Part shown: one piece after another, positions 10,027-23,248 of the stretch
Layout of the letters: the number at the start of each line of letters is the position of its first letter
How positions within the stretch are numbered: position 1 is the stretch's first letter
Source: Rhynchobatus australiae
Lineage: Eukaryota
DNA length: 59,306 nt
Reading direction: 5' to 3'
Assembly (NCBI GenBank): GCA_034780895.1
Contig: JAUZTB010000076.1
Location: 60,416,069-60,475,374, forward strand
The notes under the pieces: model-generated
Seen by the model: the letters and a program-made list of their open reading frames with translations, nothing else
What the model was told of the DNA's origin: nothing
The model's database searches: none
Program-made: the position numbers and the translations under genes

Positions 10027-11131
10027 CTGCATTGAATAAAGTCAGGTGACTAACTCAAACTTCTATACATTGCCAGAATGTCACAGTCACAATCTACAGG
10101 CTCAAACATCATCCATTTTCTTGCAGTTCCTCTCTTGCCCTCATTGTGTTACTCCAAGTAACAGGACTACGCACAGGCTGCAAATGAAGCAAACAATACC
10201 AAAGAACTGTAGAAAATATTTTATAATCATCACTTCCTCAGATAATTGATGCTCACAAGGCCATGCACTAGAATATTTCAGTGGAAACAGCTAATATTCT
10301 CCTCAGAGCGTGGGGCTTATTGTTGACAAAAGCTAAGTAACACTGAAATTACAAGTGCAGTGTGTTATTACATTGATATTAACATTTCTTTTTCTCAATG
10401 CATTTATTAAACTTGTGGTGGAGAGGGGATATGTTGTAGTCATCTAATTGAAGAATGTCAGTACTAGAAGTTTGCTTTTGCATGAATAACCTCTTCTACG
10501 TTCTCACACCAGGTATAACAGGGGTTAAGTTCAACAAGTAGTGCTGTAATTTTATTTTAAGATCAGCACTGTTTCTGCACCAGTGTAACCTGCACCACCT
10601 GCNNNNNNNNNNGATTCAGATTTCCAGATATAGTCATGGCATGGATAGATCTACATCTATCGTAAGGTGGAAACCTGCGCACTTTCATTAAAATAGGATC
10701 CCTGCAGCTATACAAGCCAATTTACATTACTCTGGAGCTAGTATGTATTCAATTTACATGTCTGAGTTGAAAAATTATGTGGCTTGAAACTATGCAACCT
10801 CTCCAGAGAATGAGGATGAACATGAACGAGAGAAAAAGCAGATGGAGGAAGTATATGGAATGAAACCTATCAAGGTTCCTTCTTCTTGCTGCTGCTAAGC
10901 AACTCTAATCACACTAAAGCAGACATGCTGAGTGCAGCACCAGTTGCTTGCTATAACTCGCCTGGCAATTCTCACACTGATGAATGGCAGCTTAGGTGAA
11001 GCATCTACAGAATAGCACTCCAGCAGAAACTGCCATAATCCTCAGGAAGGAGCTCCCAGTAAAGTCAACAAACAAAACAGCTGATGAAAAACAGGGGCTG
11101 CAGTGACAGCAGCTTGGAGACGCTTCCTCAC

Positions 11132-12008
11132 CTGGTGTGTTTGCTGCTGTCTATGTACTGCCCGGACTTTGGGCACAGGACTTTCTCCTTTCGAAGAAGT
11201 TGATGGTTGCCGTGAGCGGTTTTCATTGTGTGGTGGCTCAGGTGACGTAGATGGTAATCCTGTCATGCTACCCGTGCTTCTCTGCGATGCACTCAGAGGT
11301 AACGAATGTGGTGCTTTCACTCGGCCGCTGGAACCTGACAACTCTGTCCTACGGAGCTGTGAATGCCCAATGCTATTCTGCCGAGGCAACGCCACCGGGA
11401 GATTGTTCCTGTCTGGCATGGTGTGTCGTTTGGAGTAATCTTCACTGTATGCGCTGCGTTTGGCAAAATCCTCAATGCTGCTGTTACTGGGGCCACTCAG
11501 CTTGCTGATCAGCTCCTCGCTGTTGGTGTGGCTCCGCGAGCTTGTGGAACTCAGGTTCTCAGAACTGGAGTCCATACCGGCTTTGCTGCTTCCTGCTGGA
11601 GGGTTGTTCAGTTGGTAAACAGGGTTTTGGAAAGACAGAGGCTGAAGGCTGCTCTGTTGGCTCAGAGCTGGATGCAGAGGCCTGCGGATCTGAGGGGCAC
11701 TCTGCGCCCCACTCTGCACCTCTCGCAGCTGCTTGATGTTTGCTGTATGTGTAATTGAGGCCTGGCTGCCAGGGTGCCGGACTGGCACACTGGAAACAAC
11801 TGGAGCACTACTTATTGCCTGAGTCACAGCAGTGCTCTGCAGATCTACGAGTGATACGCTCCTGCCGTTATGGAGGGTGGACTCTTCTTCATCCCTGTCA
11901 GAGTAAGTCATACTGTGTGTGGAGGCTGGCTGACCTGGGAAGTGCTGCTTGCTGTGGAAAAATGCTTCAACGTTTTCTTGAGTTGGAGACTGCAATTGTT
12001 GCACATCA
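11132..12008 (-). CDS. RASAL2: RASAL2 large Ser-rich exon, 877 nt, phase 2-0
   Basis: tttcag acceptor and GTGAGG donor. NGRSVSLVDLQ, LQPLSFQNPVY, LPRQNS and SPVPKVRA match RASAL2. Confidence 0.96.
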
Positions 12009-12289
12009 CTGAAATAAAAATATATTTTTTGTTTGCATATTCACACTTCTTAAAAAAACATTTATTTCCAAACTTATTTATTAATATTTATTTATACATT
12101 TATTCTCTATCCAACTCTTCAGTTCCCTTATACCAGATATTGTTGGTTATTCACTGGTCGGGGTGGCCTGTAATTGACCAGTTGCTGAGTTCTGCTGCCT
12201 TCACAGAGCATATGGAATTAGGGGAGATGATAAAAAGCTGGACATCGGATAACTGTTGATGCAATGTGATGAGAAGTGTACAAGTAAGA

Positions 12290-13720
12290 GGACGGTGTAG
12301 ATAAATAGAGCAGGAGGGAGGCTTCCAGATTACTGGAGGTTAGTTCTGTGGGAGGTGGGACTGCTGCAAGCCAGAAAGGTTGCATCTCAAGGGATTGGGG
12401 TCGACATCAGTGCATGGAGGTTTGAGATTCTAATTTGGGGGGGGGGGGGGGAGCAACGCAGAAGGGAGAAAGGCAACGCTGATTGTGAAAAACAAGAAAT
12501 TAGCAAAAGAGCTTTGCAAAGGAAACAAACGATGGAAAAACTGCAACTGATGAGTGCTTCATGATTTTGCACTTCAAGGAATCAAGGAAATTAGGTCCAG
12601 TGAAATCAGAGCATAGGTGCAGAGTGCATGTACTATGATGTCACTATTACTGAAAAGTATGTTAGAGTAGGCAGGATGGCAGTGCAATCTCCCTAGTTAT
12701 TGGGTAAAGGTAAGGATAAAAAGAGGATGGGCAGGGAGGGTTTGCAATATTGGTTAAAGAAATATATACAGCTGAGGAGGGATCATATGCTGAAGATGGA
12801 TAAATGAAGCACAACTGGTCAAATTGAGAAAGAAAATGAGCAATTACACTCTTGGGGGTGAAATACTCCAGGTCAGAGGGAGATTGAAGAGCCAGTTGGT
12901 GACGTGCAGTACAAAGTGCCAGTAATAGCAGGAGATTTCAACTAACCCAATTTTAAACAGATCAGAAATAGTATGAAAAAGTTGACAGGGTGCAGAAGTC
13001 TTAAAATGCATTCAAGAGAACTTTTATGAACAGTTTGTAGCACATTCAACAAGAGATGGGGCAATTCTGGCTATAGTTTCAGGAATGAAGCTGGGCAGGT
13101 GAAAGGACTGGTAAAGGGAAACTATTTTCCAGGTGGTGATTGACTAGAATTAAGTTAGCTGGTATAGTTATGCAAAAGAACATAGAACAAGATTTCAGTT
13201 AAGGCAAGGCCAATTTTGTTTGCCTAAGATCGAATTGACTAAGTGGAATAGAATCAGCAATTTGAAAGCAGATAAAATCAGAGCTTCAGCAGACATTCAA
13301 GGAGGAAATTAGTGAGGATCCCGTTTAGACAAGGACGGAAGTCCAAAGTCTGGACCCGCTGGTGTTCAAGGAGTTGAGGTTCAATAAGACAAAACCAAGC
13401 AGCTTCTGATGAATATCAAGAGCTCAGTTTTGCAGTAGACCAAGAGAGTAGAGAAAATGCAGGAGTGAAATTAGAGAAGAAACTAGGAAGGCAAAATGGC
13501 TGAATAAAAAAAATATTGTCAGGTAAACCAGGATGTTTTGTAGGTAAGGGAAGGAAAATAAAAAGAGCAGGGCATTTTGAGAGGAAATAAACAAAGAAAC
13601 CTCTTTTGAACCATAAAAAATTATGGGGAATTGGGGAACTTTGTGACTTTCATCACATAAGAGGGGAATGATCCAGGTACTGAAGCGAAGGAAACAGATT
13701 GGTCACATCAAAATTATAAG
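12290..13720 (+). mobile_element. Old CR1 fragment (ORF1 end/APE/linker)
   Basis: Decayed AGDFN.P, ENF..QFV..STR..AIL and KANF motifs. Confidence 0.55.
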
Positions 13721-14399
13721 GAAGAAAAATATTCAGCTGAATCTTGTCGGCTCTGGCTGGCAGAAGCAGCACCATTCAGCCTCAACCAAGCGTCTGTCTC
13801 TAGGGGCACGCATCATTAGTTTGTGACAGTTTTGGGGAGGTCAAAGCAGTCACTACACTCTTGTTACTGGATGGGGCCCTAACCTCGTGCAGAATTCAAT
13901 TCTCTATTAATTACAATGGGGATTCCAGGTCAGCAAGTAAAGAGGCAAAGGAGGAAGGTAAGATTTAAAAAAAATTTTTCTTTAGTTTTAATTATTTCCA
14001 ATGGCTTTAATTATTTCTTCTCATTTTAAAAGTGTTCTCTTTTTTTTATTTAACAGTTGTTAAATGGCTCTGAACCTCAGACATTTAAAAACTGATANNN
14101 NNNNNNNNNNNNNACTTGCAAGATAAGAATGTGTTACCTGTGTTCGCATTGGAACTTCAATATGCTTCCCACAGTTCAGCTGTCATTTGAATTTTGCCAC
14201 TGCATTTCAGCTACCAAGTACCACTGACTGAGGATCTCCACATCTAGCAAGTCTGGGAGTGTGGAGACAGCAGGCAGTGATCCTGGTTGGGAGGCACTGT
14301 CCAGAAAAATCTAGTGCATTAAGAGGTCTAGCATATTTTAATAAATCTGCAGAAAATGTGTCTCCGACAGTTAACGTAAGCAGGGGAAGAAATATCAGT

Positions 14400-15070
14400 G
14401 ATATGGCCATCAATTTCCTATCCTCTCTGACTGCAGGCATGGTGATGTGACACTGGAAAACTGTAGTACCGTTGTTTGTAAAGAGATAGAGTAATTATCA
14501 ATCAGCTGAACATCACGAGAGGGCAAATTATTAGAAGATATTGGAAAACAAAAAGGCACAGTTCAATTGAAGATAGTCTGCATGGCTTTGTAAAGGGAAG
14601 GTCACGCCTCACTTGATTAAATGTTATGAGGAAGTTATACAAAGAAATGAAGAAGGGAAAGTATTTAGAAATGGATATTAACAAGATCCCACAAAGCAAA
14701 TAGTTCGGGAAAGTGAAACCTTATGGGATCCATGAGAAAGTGGCAAACTTAATCCAAAATCGCTTCAGCGATAGAAAACAAAGGGTAGTGGCGAACAGAA
14801 GTTATAGTGTTTACACAATACCATATGGATTCTGCAGGGTTCAGAGCCAGATTATTTTTTTGTGTATATCAATGACTTGGACTTAAAAGGTAGGAGCCAA
14901 GAGTAAGAAGTTCGCAGATGATAACAAAAGTTGCAGAGTAGTTGATGGCAAGGAAAAACATTTTAAACTGCAGAAAGATTATCAGTGATATGTTATGTGA
15001 GAAAAAAGTAGCAAATATCCAAAGATGTGTGAGATAATGCATTTGCGAAGGCAAACAAGGCAAGGCAATA
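14400..15070 (+). mobile_element. CR1 RT fragment
   Basis: VVPLF.K, HGFVKGRS.LT, INDLD and KFADD.KV motifs. Confidence 0.7.
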
Positions 15071-15854
15071 CCCACTCTGACACTGCGATAAAACATCATT
15101 CATGTCCTTACCACATGGGGGAACAGGAGCGAGGGGCCAAAGAGCATACTCTGTTTTCTATTTCTTACATAATACAAAGTGTGGATGGACAGGGACTTGT
15201 GAGATCCCAGTGTGGGGAGGTAAGATGGTTAAAATGGCACAGGTTGCATTTGCCTTTATCGGCTGAGCCTGAGGATTTTAAACTCAACCTGCACATAATC
15301 CCAGCAAGGGCACAGCTACAGAAGTAAGTGCATTTATGAGGAGATATTAGTCAGGGTGGAAAAGGGGAGGCTGAGGGCTGGTTCCATCAAGAAAGGTCTC
15401 ATATTTCATTTCTGTCATGACAAAGGAAGAGGTCATTTGGCCCACTGACAGCATGCTAGTTTTCAAAGCAATCCCATCAATGCCATTCCCCCAATTATTT
15501 TGGGCCAAGACAGAGTGAAAAGGAAGGACCCATCACTCTCAACAGGGTATTCAATAACTGGGAGCCACGGATTTAATTCAACAGTTTGAATGATCAGCAG
15601 GATGTTGAAGATTTCTTTTAATCCAAGGGGTGGCACAGATCTGGAACTCATGGCGAAGAGCTTTAACTTCACCATAAACATTAACAGAAAATGCTGCAAA
15701 CACTCAATATATCAGTACAGAGAGAAATACAATGTTAACATTTAAGTTTGATGAAATTTCATGCAAACCTGGGAGCAGCAAGCACCCTGTCATCATTGAT
15801 CAGCAATTGCAGCAGGTGTGGAGAAACAGTTCTTTAAATGGACACAAGTAGTCA

Positions 15855-16275
15855 TTCAGAGTCATTGAGTTGCTGTACAGCATAGAAACAGGCCCTTTGG
15901 CCCAACTCATTCAGGCTGACCATAATGCCCATCTACACTAATCCCATTTGCCCGCATCACTTCTACTCCTTTCCTATCCCAAGTCCCCGTCCTAATGCCT
16001 TTTAAATAAATTGTACCCACCTCTACCACTTCCTCTGGCAGTTCATTCCAGATAACCACCACCCTCTGTGTGAAAAAGTTGCCCCTCAGATTTCTTTTAA
16101 ATTCCCCCCTCTCACCTTGAACCTATGCCCTCAAGAGACTCTGACTAACTACCCTATCTATGACCCTCATAATTTTATAAACCTCAATGAGGTCACTCCT
16201 CAGCCTCCGATGTTCCAGTGAGAATAAAACCAGTCTTTCTAATCACCTCCATTAAAGGCAACATACTGGTGAATT
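15855..16275 (-). mobile_element. CR1 3' end
   Basis: Reverse complement of a typical CR1 terminus (GGGCCAAAGGGCCTGTTTCTATGCTGTA) and of WNELPEEVVE. Confidence 0.75.
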
Positions 16276-16339
16276 TACATCCATTAACAGCAGCTCTGCT
16301 TTGATGTGAAAAGAAAGAAATCCAGCAACAAATTCCTAC

Positions 16340-16542
16340 CTGTCAGCTGGATCCTCGAATATCCGCTGCAGCCCAGACGACACACTGCCACTCACATTTG
16401 GGGATGAGCTGATGTGCTCCCCAAATCTCCGCACCTGCTGCTGAATTGGTGTGGGGCTAGCTAGTGATTTGGTGATATCGCTGAGTATTCGTGGGAGAGG
16501 GCCAAGCTTCGCTACTGTTGCCTGTAGAAATGAATTTTCACC
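16340..16542 (-). CDS. RASAL2: RASAL2 exon ([GENSFLQ][11 protein letters not shown]...FEDPAD), 203 nt; alternative acceptor 21 nt inside (exon start 16521)
   Basis: ccaaccag acceptor at 16543-16544, second ctacag acceptor at 16522-16523, GTAGGA donor; phase 0-2. Confidence 0.95.
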
Positions 16543-18009
16543 CTGGTTGGACAGTACCACGGAAACATCCACAATTTATTGGGTGGAGGATGGCGATTGA
16601 TGTGAACGGACCAGAATGCAGATGTGCCGAACAACATAACCATGATGATTGTGGTGAGGGAGGGAGGGAGGGAGCAAAAATGGTGCAGGAGCAGGATAGG
16701 GATGAACGGAAGGGAAGGAGAAGAGAGAAAGGGGACATAAAGAAATTAGAAACAAAACTAATGTAACTCAATGTGGCTTCAAACTGCTCCACAGCATTGC
16801 AGCATTCAAACATACAAAACATGCAAAATAAATACCTTAAATGATTCTAAAAAATAAAGCAACATAAAAAAAAGGTGCATCCACCCAGAGGGAGGGAAGG
16901 ATGGTCGGGAAGGATTCACTGGCAAAAGAACAGAGACTACAAAATGGCAGTAAAACCAAACTAACTATGCATGCAAACAATTTAAATGCCAGTTTGATGT
17001 TCACAGAGTTAATTATTACTTCTACTTACAAAGACAGAAAAAAGATACAGTACAATAGTACAGACTGAATTCAGCCTTAAGATAACTGACAAAAGGTGGT
17101 TGCTGCATTGGACATCCAACAAAAATTCTACCTTTCGTCAAGGTCCTTTTTCTCACCATTTCCCTCACACAAAAGTCATCCACCTTTGTAGGCAGGATAC
17201 AAGGGGAAACAAAATAAACTGTATGCCTGTTCTGAGAGAACTCTTTGTCCATTGTTCTCACCAACTTCTGTGGAGTTCATTTTTGTGAAATTCCATCATT
17301 TCAGACAACATTCTTGTCCTCATCAAGAGGGATCTTTACTTCCTTCACCCAAGGAACCCGAAACCCCTTGCAGTGTTCTGCCAACTTCTGACACAAACTA
17401 GCTCACTGACTTCAGACCAGGGACCAAATAAGGTGCTGACCGGGAATATGACAGTACAGCAACAAACATTTCAAGCAAGTAAATCAAAGAACTTTCTGCT
17501 GTAACGTAACTCTAAAAATAAAACTTTTTTCTTCACATGGAAAATTAAGGTGAAATGAAAACAATTAAAATTAAAACAAAATATACACCCTCCTTTTTAT
17601 TTGACTGAAACAAGCAAGGACAAGAAATGAATTTCTGAATAGGAACGTCAATGAATGAACTGGCTGTCCAACCAATCCCCTTGAACAACCAAAACAGCTA
17701 GCTGCATGCATGTAATTCCTATACCTTAGCAAAAGCTTGCAAGGCACTTCATAGTAGTGCTATCAATCAGAATTAGACAACTGGTCACATCAGGAACTTG
17801 TCATAAAATTTATTAAAAAAAAGATTTTAAAGAATGCCCTGAAGGAGACAAGAGAGCTAGAGAACCAGAGATTTGCAGAGGGAATTCAGAGCATGTGATC
17901 CTGATACCTAAAGACACAGCAACAATGGTGCATCAACTATATTCAGGGACATTTAAGAGGTCAGAAGTAGAAACGTGCAGATATCTTTAGAGAATTATAT
18001 GACTGCTGG

Positions 18010-19620
18010 AGATAGAGGAGAACCTATAGATATGGTTTATTTAGATTTCCAAAAGGCTTTGACAAGGTGTCCCATTAGAGATTGGTGCATAAATTAAGAG
18101 CTCATGGTATTGGAGGACCTGCGTTAGCATGGATGGAAAACAGAGAGTTGGAATAATTAGGTCTTTTTCAGGGTGGAAGGATGGAGCCCCCCAGGGATTA
18201 GCTCTTGACCTTCAATTATTTATACAAATAATATGGGGTGGACTGGTGGGACGCAAAATGCAAGCTACTGAAGTCTGCCGAAGACACAAAAATATTTGTG
18301 ACCCCACTATAGGATATAGATAGATTGAGTGATTGGGCAAAAACTTGTCAAGTGGAATTCAATGTGGCCATGCACTTTGGTAGGAAAAACCAAAAGGCGA
18401 TTATTATTAAAATGGTGAGAGCGCCAGTGAGTGAAGTACAGAGGGATCAAGGTGCTCTTATGCATAAATTACAAAAAAATTAGCAGGCCGGTGCAGCGAG
18501 TAGTTATGAAGGCATATAGCATATTGGCCTTTATTGCAAAGGGGTTGGAATTTAGAAACAGGGATGTTTTGTTTCAAATGTAGAGTGTACTGGCAAGGCC
18601 ATACCTGGCATACTGCACACAGTTTTGGTCCCCTTACCCAAAAGTGGACATGGTAGCATTGGAGACAGTCCAAAGGAGATTCACCAAGTTAATTCTGGGA
18701 GGAGGGTTTGGAAGAATGAGGGGTGACTTTATTGAAAGATGTAAAATCCATTGAGGGTAGGACAGAGTAGATGTTGATACGTTTTCACTTGTGGGAGAGT
18801 CTTGAACAATGCGACATCGTTACAAAATTAGGGGCCAATCATTTAAACAGAGATGCGAAGAAATTTCTTTTCACAGGAGGGGGCTGAATCTCTGGAATTT
18901 TCTTCTCCAGAGAGTTGTGGAGGCTAGATCGTTAAAAGTATTGAAGATGGAGGTTGATAAATTTTTGAAAGACTGGGGAATTGATGGCTAAGGGAAACTG
19001 ACACAGAAGTGGAACTGAGGCCAGTAGAGATGAGTCAGTTCTGTTTGCCACACTATAAGGAGAATGTTGCTGTGCTGGTTATGGCACAAAGGAGATTCAC
19101 CACGATATCACCTGGATCAAAGGACTTCAGTTATTGGGAGAGAATGGATAGTCTGAGTTTGTCTTCCATGGAGTGTAGGAGTCTGAGGGGTGATTTAATA
19201 GAGGTATATAAAATTATAAGAGGCATTGATCGGGTTGATAGTCAGAATCTTTTTCCCACGGTAGGGGTATCAAAAACAAGAGGGCAAAGATTTAAGGCGA
19301 GAGGAAGGAATTTTAAAAGAGATTTGAGGGAAAGTTTTTTTTACGTACAGAGTGGTTGATATTTGGAACTCACTGCAAAAGGAGGTGGTGGAATCAGATA
19401 CAATCACTGTTTATAAGAGTCATTAAGACAGGTACTTGAATAGGCAAGACAGAGAAGGATACAGACCAAACATGGGCACATGGAATTTGTGTAGATGGGC
19501 AAAAAAGGCATGGATGTGGTGAGCTGAAGGGCCCATTTCTGTGCTGTACAGCTCTATAGTGAGGCAGGCTTGAAGGGCCAAGTGACCAACTCCTTCCCCT
19601 ATTTTCTTGTCGTCTTATGA
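18010..19620 (+). mobile_element. CR1 RT + 3' end, with a second CR1 3' fragment (~19031-19558) nested in its 3' UTR
   Basis: YLDFQKAFDKV, RPYLAYCTQFWSP, QRRFT, RGDLIEVYKI. The outer 3' UTR resumes at ~19560. Confidence 0.85.
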
Positions 19621-20799
19621 TGGAGATTATACCAATACTAATACAAAGTTAGATGGAGAGATTTAAAATATGGACAAGAATATTAAAATCAAGACACTGG
19701 CAGACCAGAAGGCAAGAGATTGTGCAAAGAGATTCAACATTAGGGACATGACCTCATCCCCACCCATTACCCTGTTGCAAATGTATCAGTCATAACAGTA
19801 CTGATGTGAATGACTACTGCACAGGTCACTGTGCAGACAAAGTCCTGCCTTTACACTGAGCGCATCCTCCATCACGTTGTATGTCATTACTATTTTACTA
19901 AATGGGATACATTTCAAATTGATCTAGCAGCTCAAAATGCGGCATCCACGGGAAGCTATGGGCAAACAGCAGCAACAGAATTGTATTCCACCACAATCTA
20001 TAACCTCTTCACCGTAAAGATTTCCTTTTATGCCACACACCATCCTGACATGGACAATTTTTCAATGTTCCTTCACTGTAGTCCAACCTCTACACTCCTG
20101 ACTAAACAGCACACAGGAAGTACCTTCACTCGACAAACTGCAACTGCTCAAGAAAGTGGCTCACCATTACATCCCAAGGGCATGAGGGATGGGCAAAAAG
20201 ATTATCGCTATGCCAGGAATTGTAATTGCACATGACATTGGTGACACCTGGAGTACTGTATACAGATTTGGTAGCCCTGTCATAGGAAAGACATCATTAA
20301 CCTGGAAAGAGTGCAGAGAAGATTTACGAGGATGNNNNNNNNNNNNNNNNNNNNNNNNNNNNNNNNNNNNNNNNNNNNNNNNNNNNNNNNNNNNNNNNNN
20401 NNNNNNNNNNNNNNNNNNNNNNNNNNNNNNNNNNGAAAGAGTGCTGAGAAGGTTTACGAGGATGCTGCCAGGACTCGAGGGCCTGAGTTATAGGGAGAGG
20501 TTGGGCAGGCTAGGACTTGATTCTTTGGAATGGAGGAGATTGAGGGGTCACCATATAGAGGTGTATATAATCATAAGAGCCATTGATAGGGTGAATGCAC
20601 ACAGTCTTTTTCCCAGTGGAGGGGAACTAAAAACTAGAGGGAATCAGTTTAAGATAAAAGATTTAAAAGGAACCTGAGGGGCAATTTCTTCACACAAAGG
20701 GTGATGCATTTATGGAATGAGCTGCCAGAGAAAGTGGTAGAGGCAGGTACAACAACATTCCAAAGACATTTGGATAAGTACATGGACAGGACATTGGCA

Positions 20800-21414
20800 T
20801 TCTGTCAACGGCCTCCTCTACTGCCAAGTTGAGGCTAAACGCAGATTAGAGCAACATCACCTCATTTTCCTTCTTGGTAGTCTCTAACCTGATGGCATCA
20901 ACAAAGATTTCTCTAACTTCTGGTAGCCACTGCCCTCTGTTCTACACCACCCCACCCTACCCTTTGTTTTCCCTTATCCCTCTGGCCCCTTTACCCCTTC
21001 TCTTTCCCTTTCCCCAGTCCCACAACCTGCCCATCACCCACATCTTCCTCCCTCTGGTTACCAAACCCCTCCCTTTAGTCCAGGGTCTATTTCCTGTCAG
21101 ATTCTATCTTCTTCAGTCCTTTGCCTCTTCCACCAATTACCTCCCAGCTTCTTACATCATTCCCACACTCCCCTCCCCCACCCCACGTACCTACCTTCCC
21201 CTGTCACCTGGATTTACCAATCACACACCAGCTCATGCTTCTCCCCTGCTCATTTATTCTGGCTTCTGCCCTCTTTCTTTCCAGTCCCAATGAAGGGTCT
21301 CAGCCCGAAACGTCAACTGTTCAATTCCCTCCATAGATACTGCCTGACCTGCTGAGTTCCTCCAGCAATTTTTGTGCGTTGCTCCAGATCTCCAGCAACT
21401 GTAGTCTCTTGTGT
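20800..21414 (+). mobile_element. Penelope-like element 3' end (GIY-YIG C-terminus + pLTR with hammerhead)
   Basis: GLLYCQVEAKRRLEQHHLIFLLGSL*PDGINKDFSNFW*, a C/T-rich tract, then TGAAGGGTCTCAGCCCGAAACGTC and the tail CCTGCTGAGTTCCTCCAGCA. Confidence 0.8.
21282..21319 (+). ncRNA. Degenerate minimal type I hammerhead ribozyme (Penelope-associated)
   Basis: CAGT..[CCAATGA, consensus CTGATGA]-AGGG TCTCAG CCC-GAAA-CGTC-A-ACTG. Stems I and II pair, but the core carries two substitutions. Confidence 0.6.
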
Positions 21415-22089
21415 TAGGGGTTTAGAGGGATATGGGCCAAACATGGGCAAATCGGACTAGCTTGGTGAGCACTATGGTGAGCATGGATGAGTTGGGCTGA
21501 AGGGTCTGTTTCCATGCTGTATATGTATTACTCTATGAATGCCAACATCTTGTGAACTATTAGAAAGTACCAAGAATTGTGACACATGTTCCTCACAGAA
21601 AAATATGTTCAAAAATAGTTCCTTCAAGCATTTGCTGTGGACAACCTGAATTTTTATTTGGTGGCTCAAGTAACCTCAGTTAATTCCATTTTGCCAATCA
21701 CACAGAAGAGTGCATTGGCTACTTATGGTGACTGTGATTGATGGGCATTTATACATTTCCTGTCTGGGCTACTCAGTAATATGTTGGGGTCTCAGTGAAA
21801 TGTTGCCTTCTGTGCTCCAGACATGTATTCTTCAGCACTATAAAATTCTGCTCACTAATGGAAGTGAAGTCCTGAAGGTTATTTTGAATTCTGCCGTTTC
21901 TGATAATGACACACATCTGATTAACAATACCAAATGATCCTAACAGCATCAATAACTGGATATTAAGTAGCAATTAATAAGTCATACTTGAAGTCTAATC
22001 TTAGTCATTATTATTATTAAAACAAATAGTCTGCCATGGTGATACATGATTCTGCATGCTGTAATACCTGTATGTTTCTTATGTCTCCA

Positions 22090-22435
22090 CATCACTTCCC
22101 AGTCTCCGTCTCTACCACCATCCACCCTTCCCACCTGCCTCCACCTGCCCTTTGTCCATTTTTCCTCTTTCCTTGTCTCCACCTATCACCCGCCAGCCAC
22201 CGTCTCCCAACTCTGCCCCTCCCCCACCTGGGTCCCACGGCCCCTCCTCCCCCGCCCGACCTGGATCCACCCCTCCCTCTCACCTCTTTATACTGGCTGT
22301 CTCCCCTCTAAACTCTCACTGATGCAGAGTCTTGACCTGAAATGTCGACTGTCCCTTTGCCTCCTGATCCTACTGAGTTCCTCCAGCAATTTATTCGTAG
22401 CTCCAGATTATAGCATCTGCAGTCTTTTGTGTTTT
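22090..22435 (+). mobile_element. Penelope-like pLTR fragment with degenerate hammerhead (~22313-22351)
   Basis: C/T-rich tract, CTGATGC..GAAATGTCGACTG, and the same tail as 21340-21410. Confidence 0.7.
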
Positions 22436-23046
22436 CAATCAACTGCAGAACTAGTTTTAAAAACAATTCTTCTTGTAACATTTTACTATGAAATAACTTG
22501 AGAGAAATAAGTTTAGCAAGACCAAAAAGACTAGTTTCAATCTCATTACCAAATATGTTATCATTCCTAACCAATAAAAAGCATTATTCATTTTTATTAA
22601 CTATAAAAGTACCAACTCATCTTATAGATTAACAACCATAGTACCAACTCCTTTATTTTTTAGATTCTGCTGAGAGAAAAACACTTTAGCTTGCACTATT
22701 TCCCTGGGAAGAATCTCTTGTTCGCATCCGAGTCATCACAGCTCAAATCAGCTCCGCAGCATCACCTCTCCACCCATTCCTCACTATTCCATGCAACACA
22801 AGTCTACCATATAAAATCACTGAAGAATGTTTTCTGACTTTCTGAAGTAAAAACGTTTGCCTCGATACTTCAGTGTTAATCANNNNAACAGTAAAGTTTA
22901 AAATATTAAAGCAGTGAAGTATTAAAAATCTGGGCAAAAACAAAACAGGTATAAGTTTAAAAATATCAATCTTTTTTTAAAAAAGGGTCAATATTGCACT
23001 TTAACTACAGTACTTCGTGGTTCATAATTAAGTCAAATCAAGGTAC

Positions 23047-23248
23047 CTTATCAAGCTGTGACACCACTTCCCATAGCAGTGAGTGCAGGACAGAGAGCTC
23101 ACGACCTAGATCAATATATCCTTCAAATCCCGGTGTGTTGGATATTGTGTCTGGGTTTGAGATTTCCACCAGAAAACGTTTCATCCCACTCCACTCATGT
23201 TCCAGAAAGTCATTCATAAATGCCATGTATTCTTCTTTGTTTCCAAAC
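23047..23248 (-). CDS. RASAL2: RASAL2 RasGAP exon ([19 protein letters not shown]...SQLDK), 202 nt, phase 2-0
   Basis: ccatag acceptor and GTACCT donor; near-identical to vertebrate RASAL2. Confidence 0.97.

Larger units (their letters stand above)
20245..21538 (+). mobile_element. CR1 3' end split by a Penelope-like insertion
   Basis: RRFTRMLPGLEGLSYRERLGRLGL. The tail GTACATGGACAGG (~20790) resumes as GGGTTTAGAGGGATATGGGCC (~21418). Confidence 0.85.

Noticed and set aside
11042-12008. Assignment of the gene as SYNGAP1 or DAB2IP
   Set aside because: [27 protein letters not shown] and AAWVLNNGQY match RASAL2 specifically.
17030-17064. Possible 35-nt minus-strand cassette exon ending at GTAAGT
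   Set aside because: Weak acceptor, frameshifting length and no homology support.
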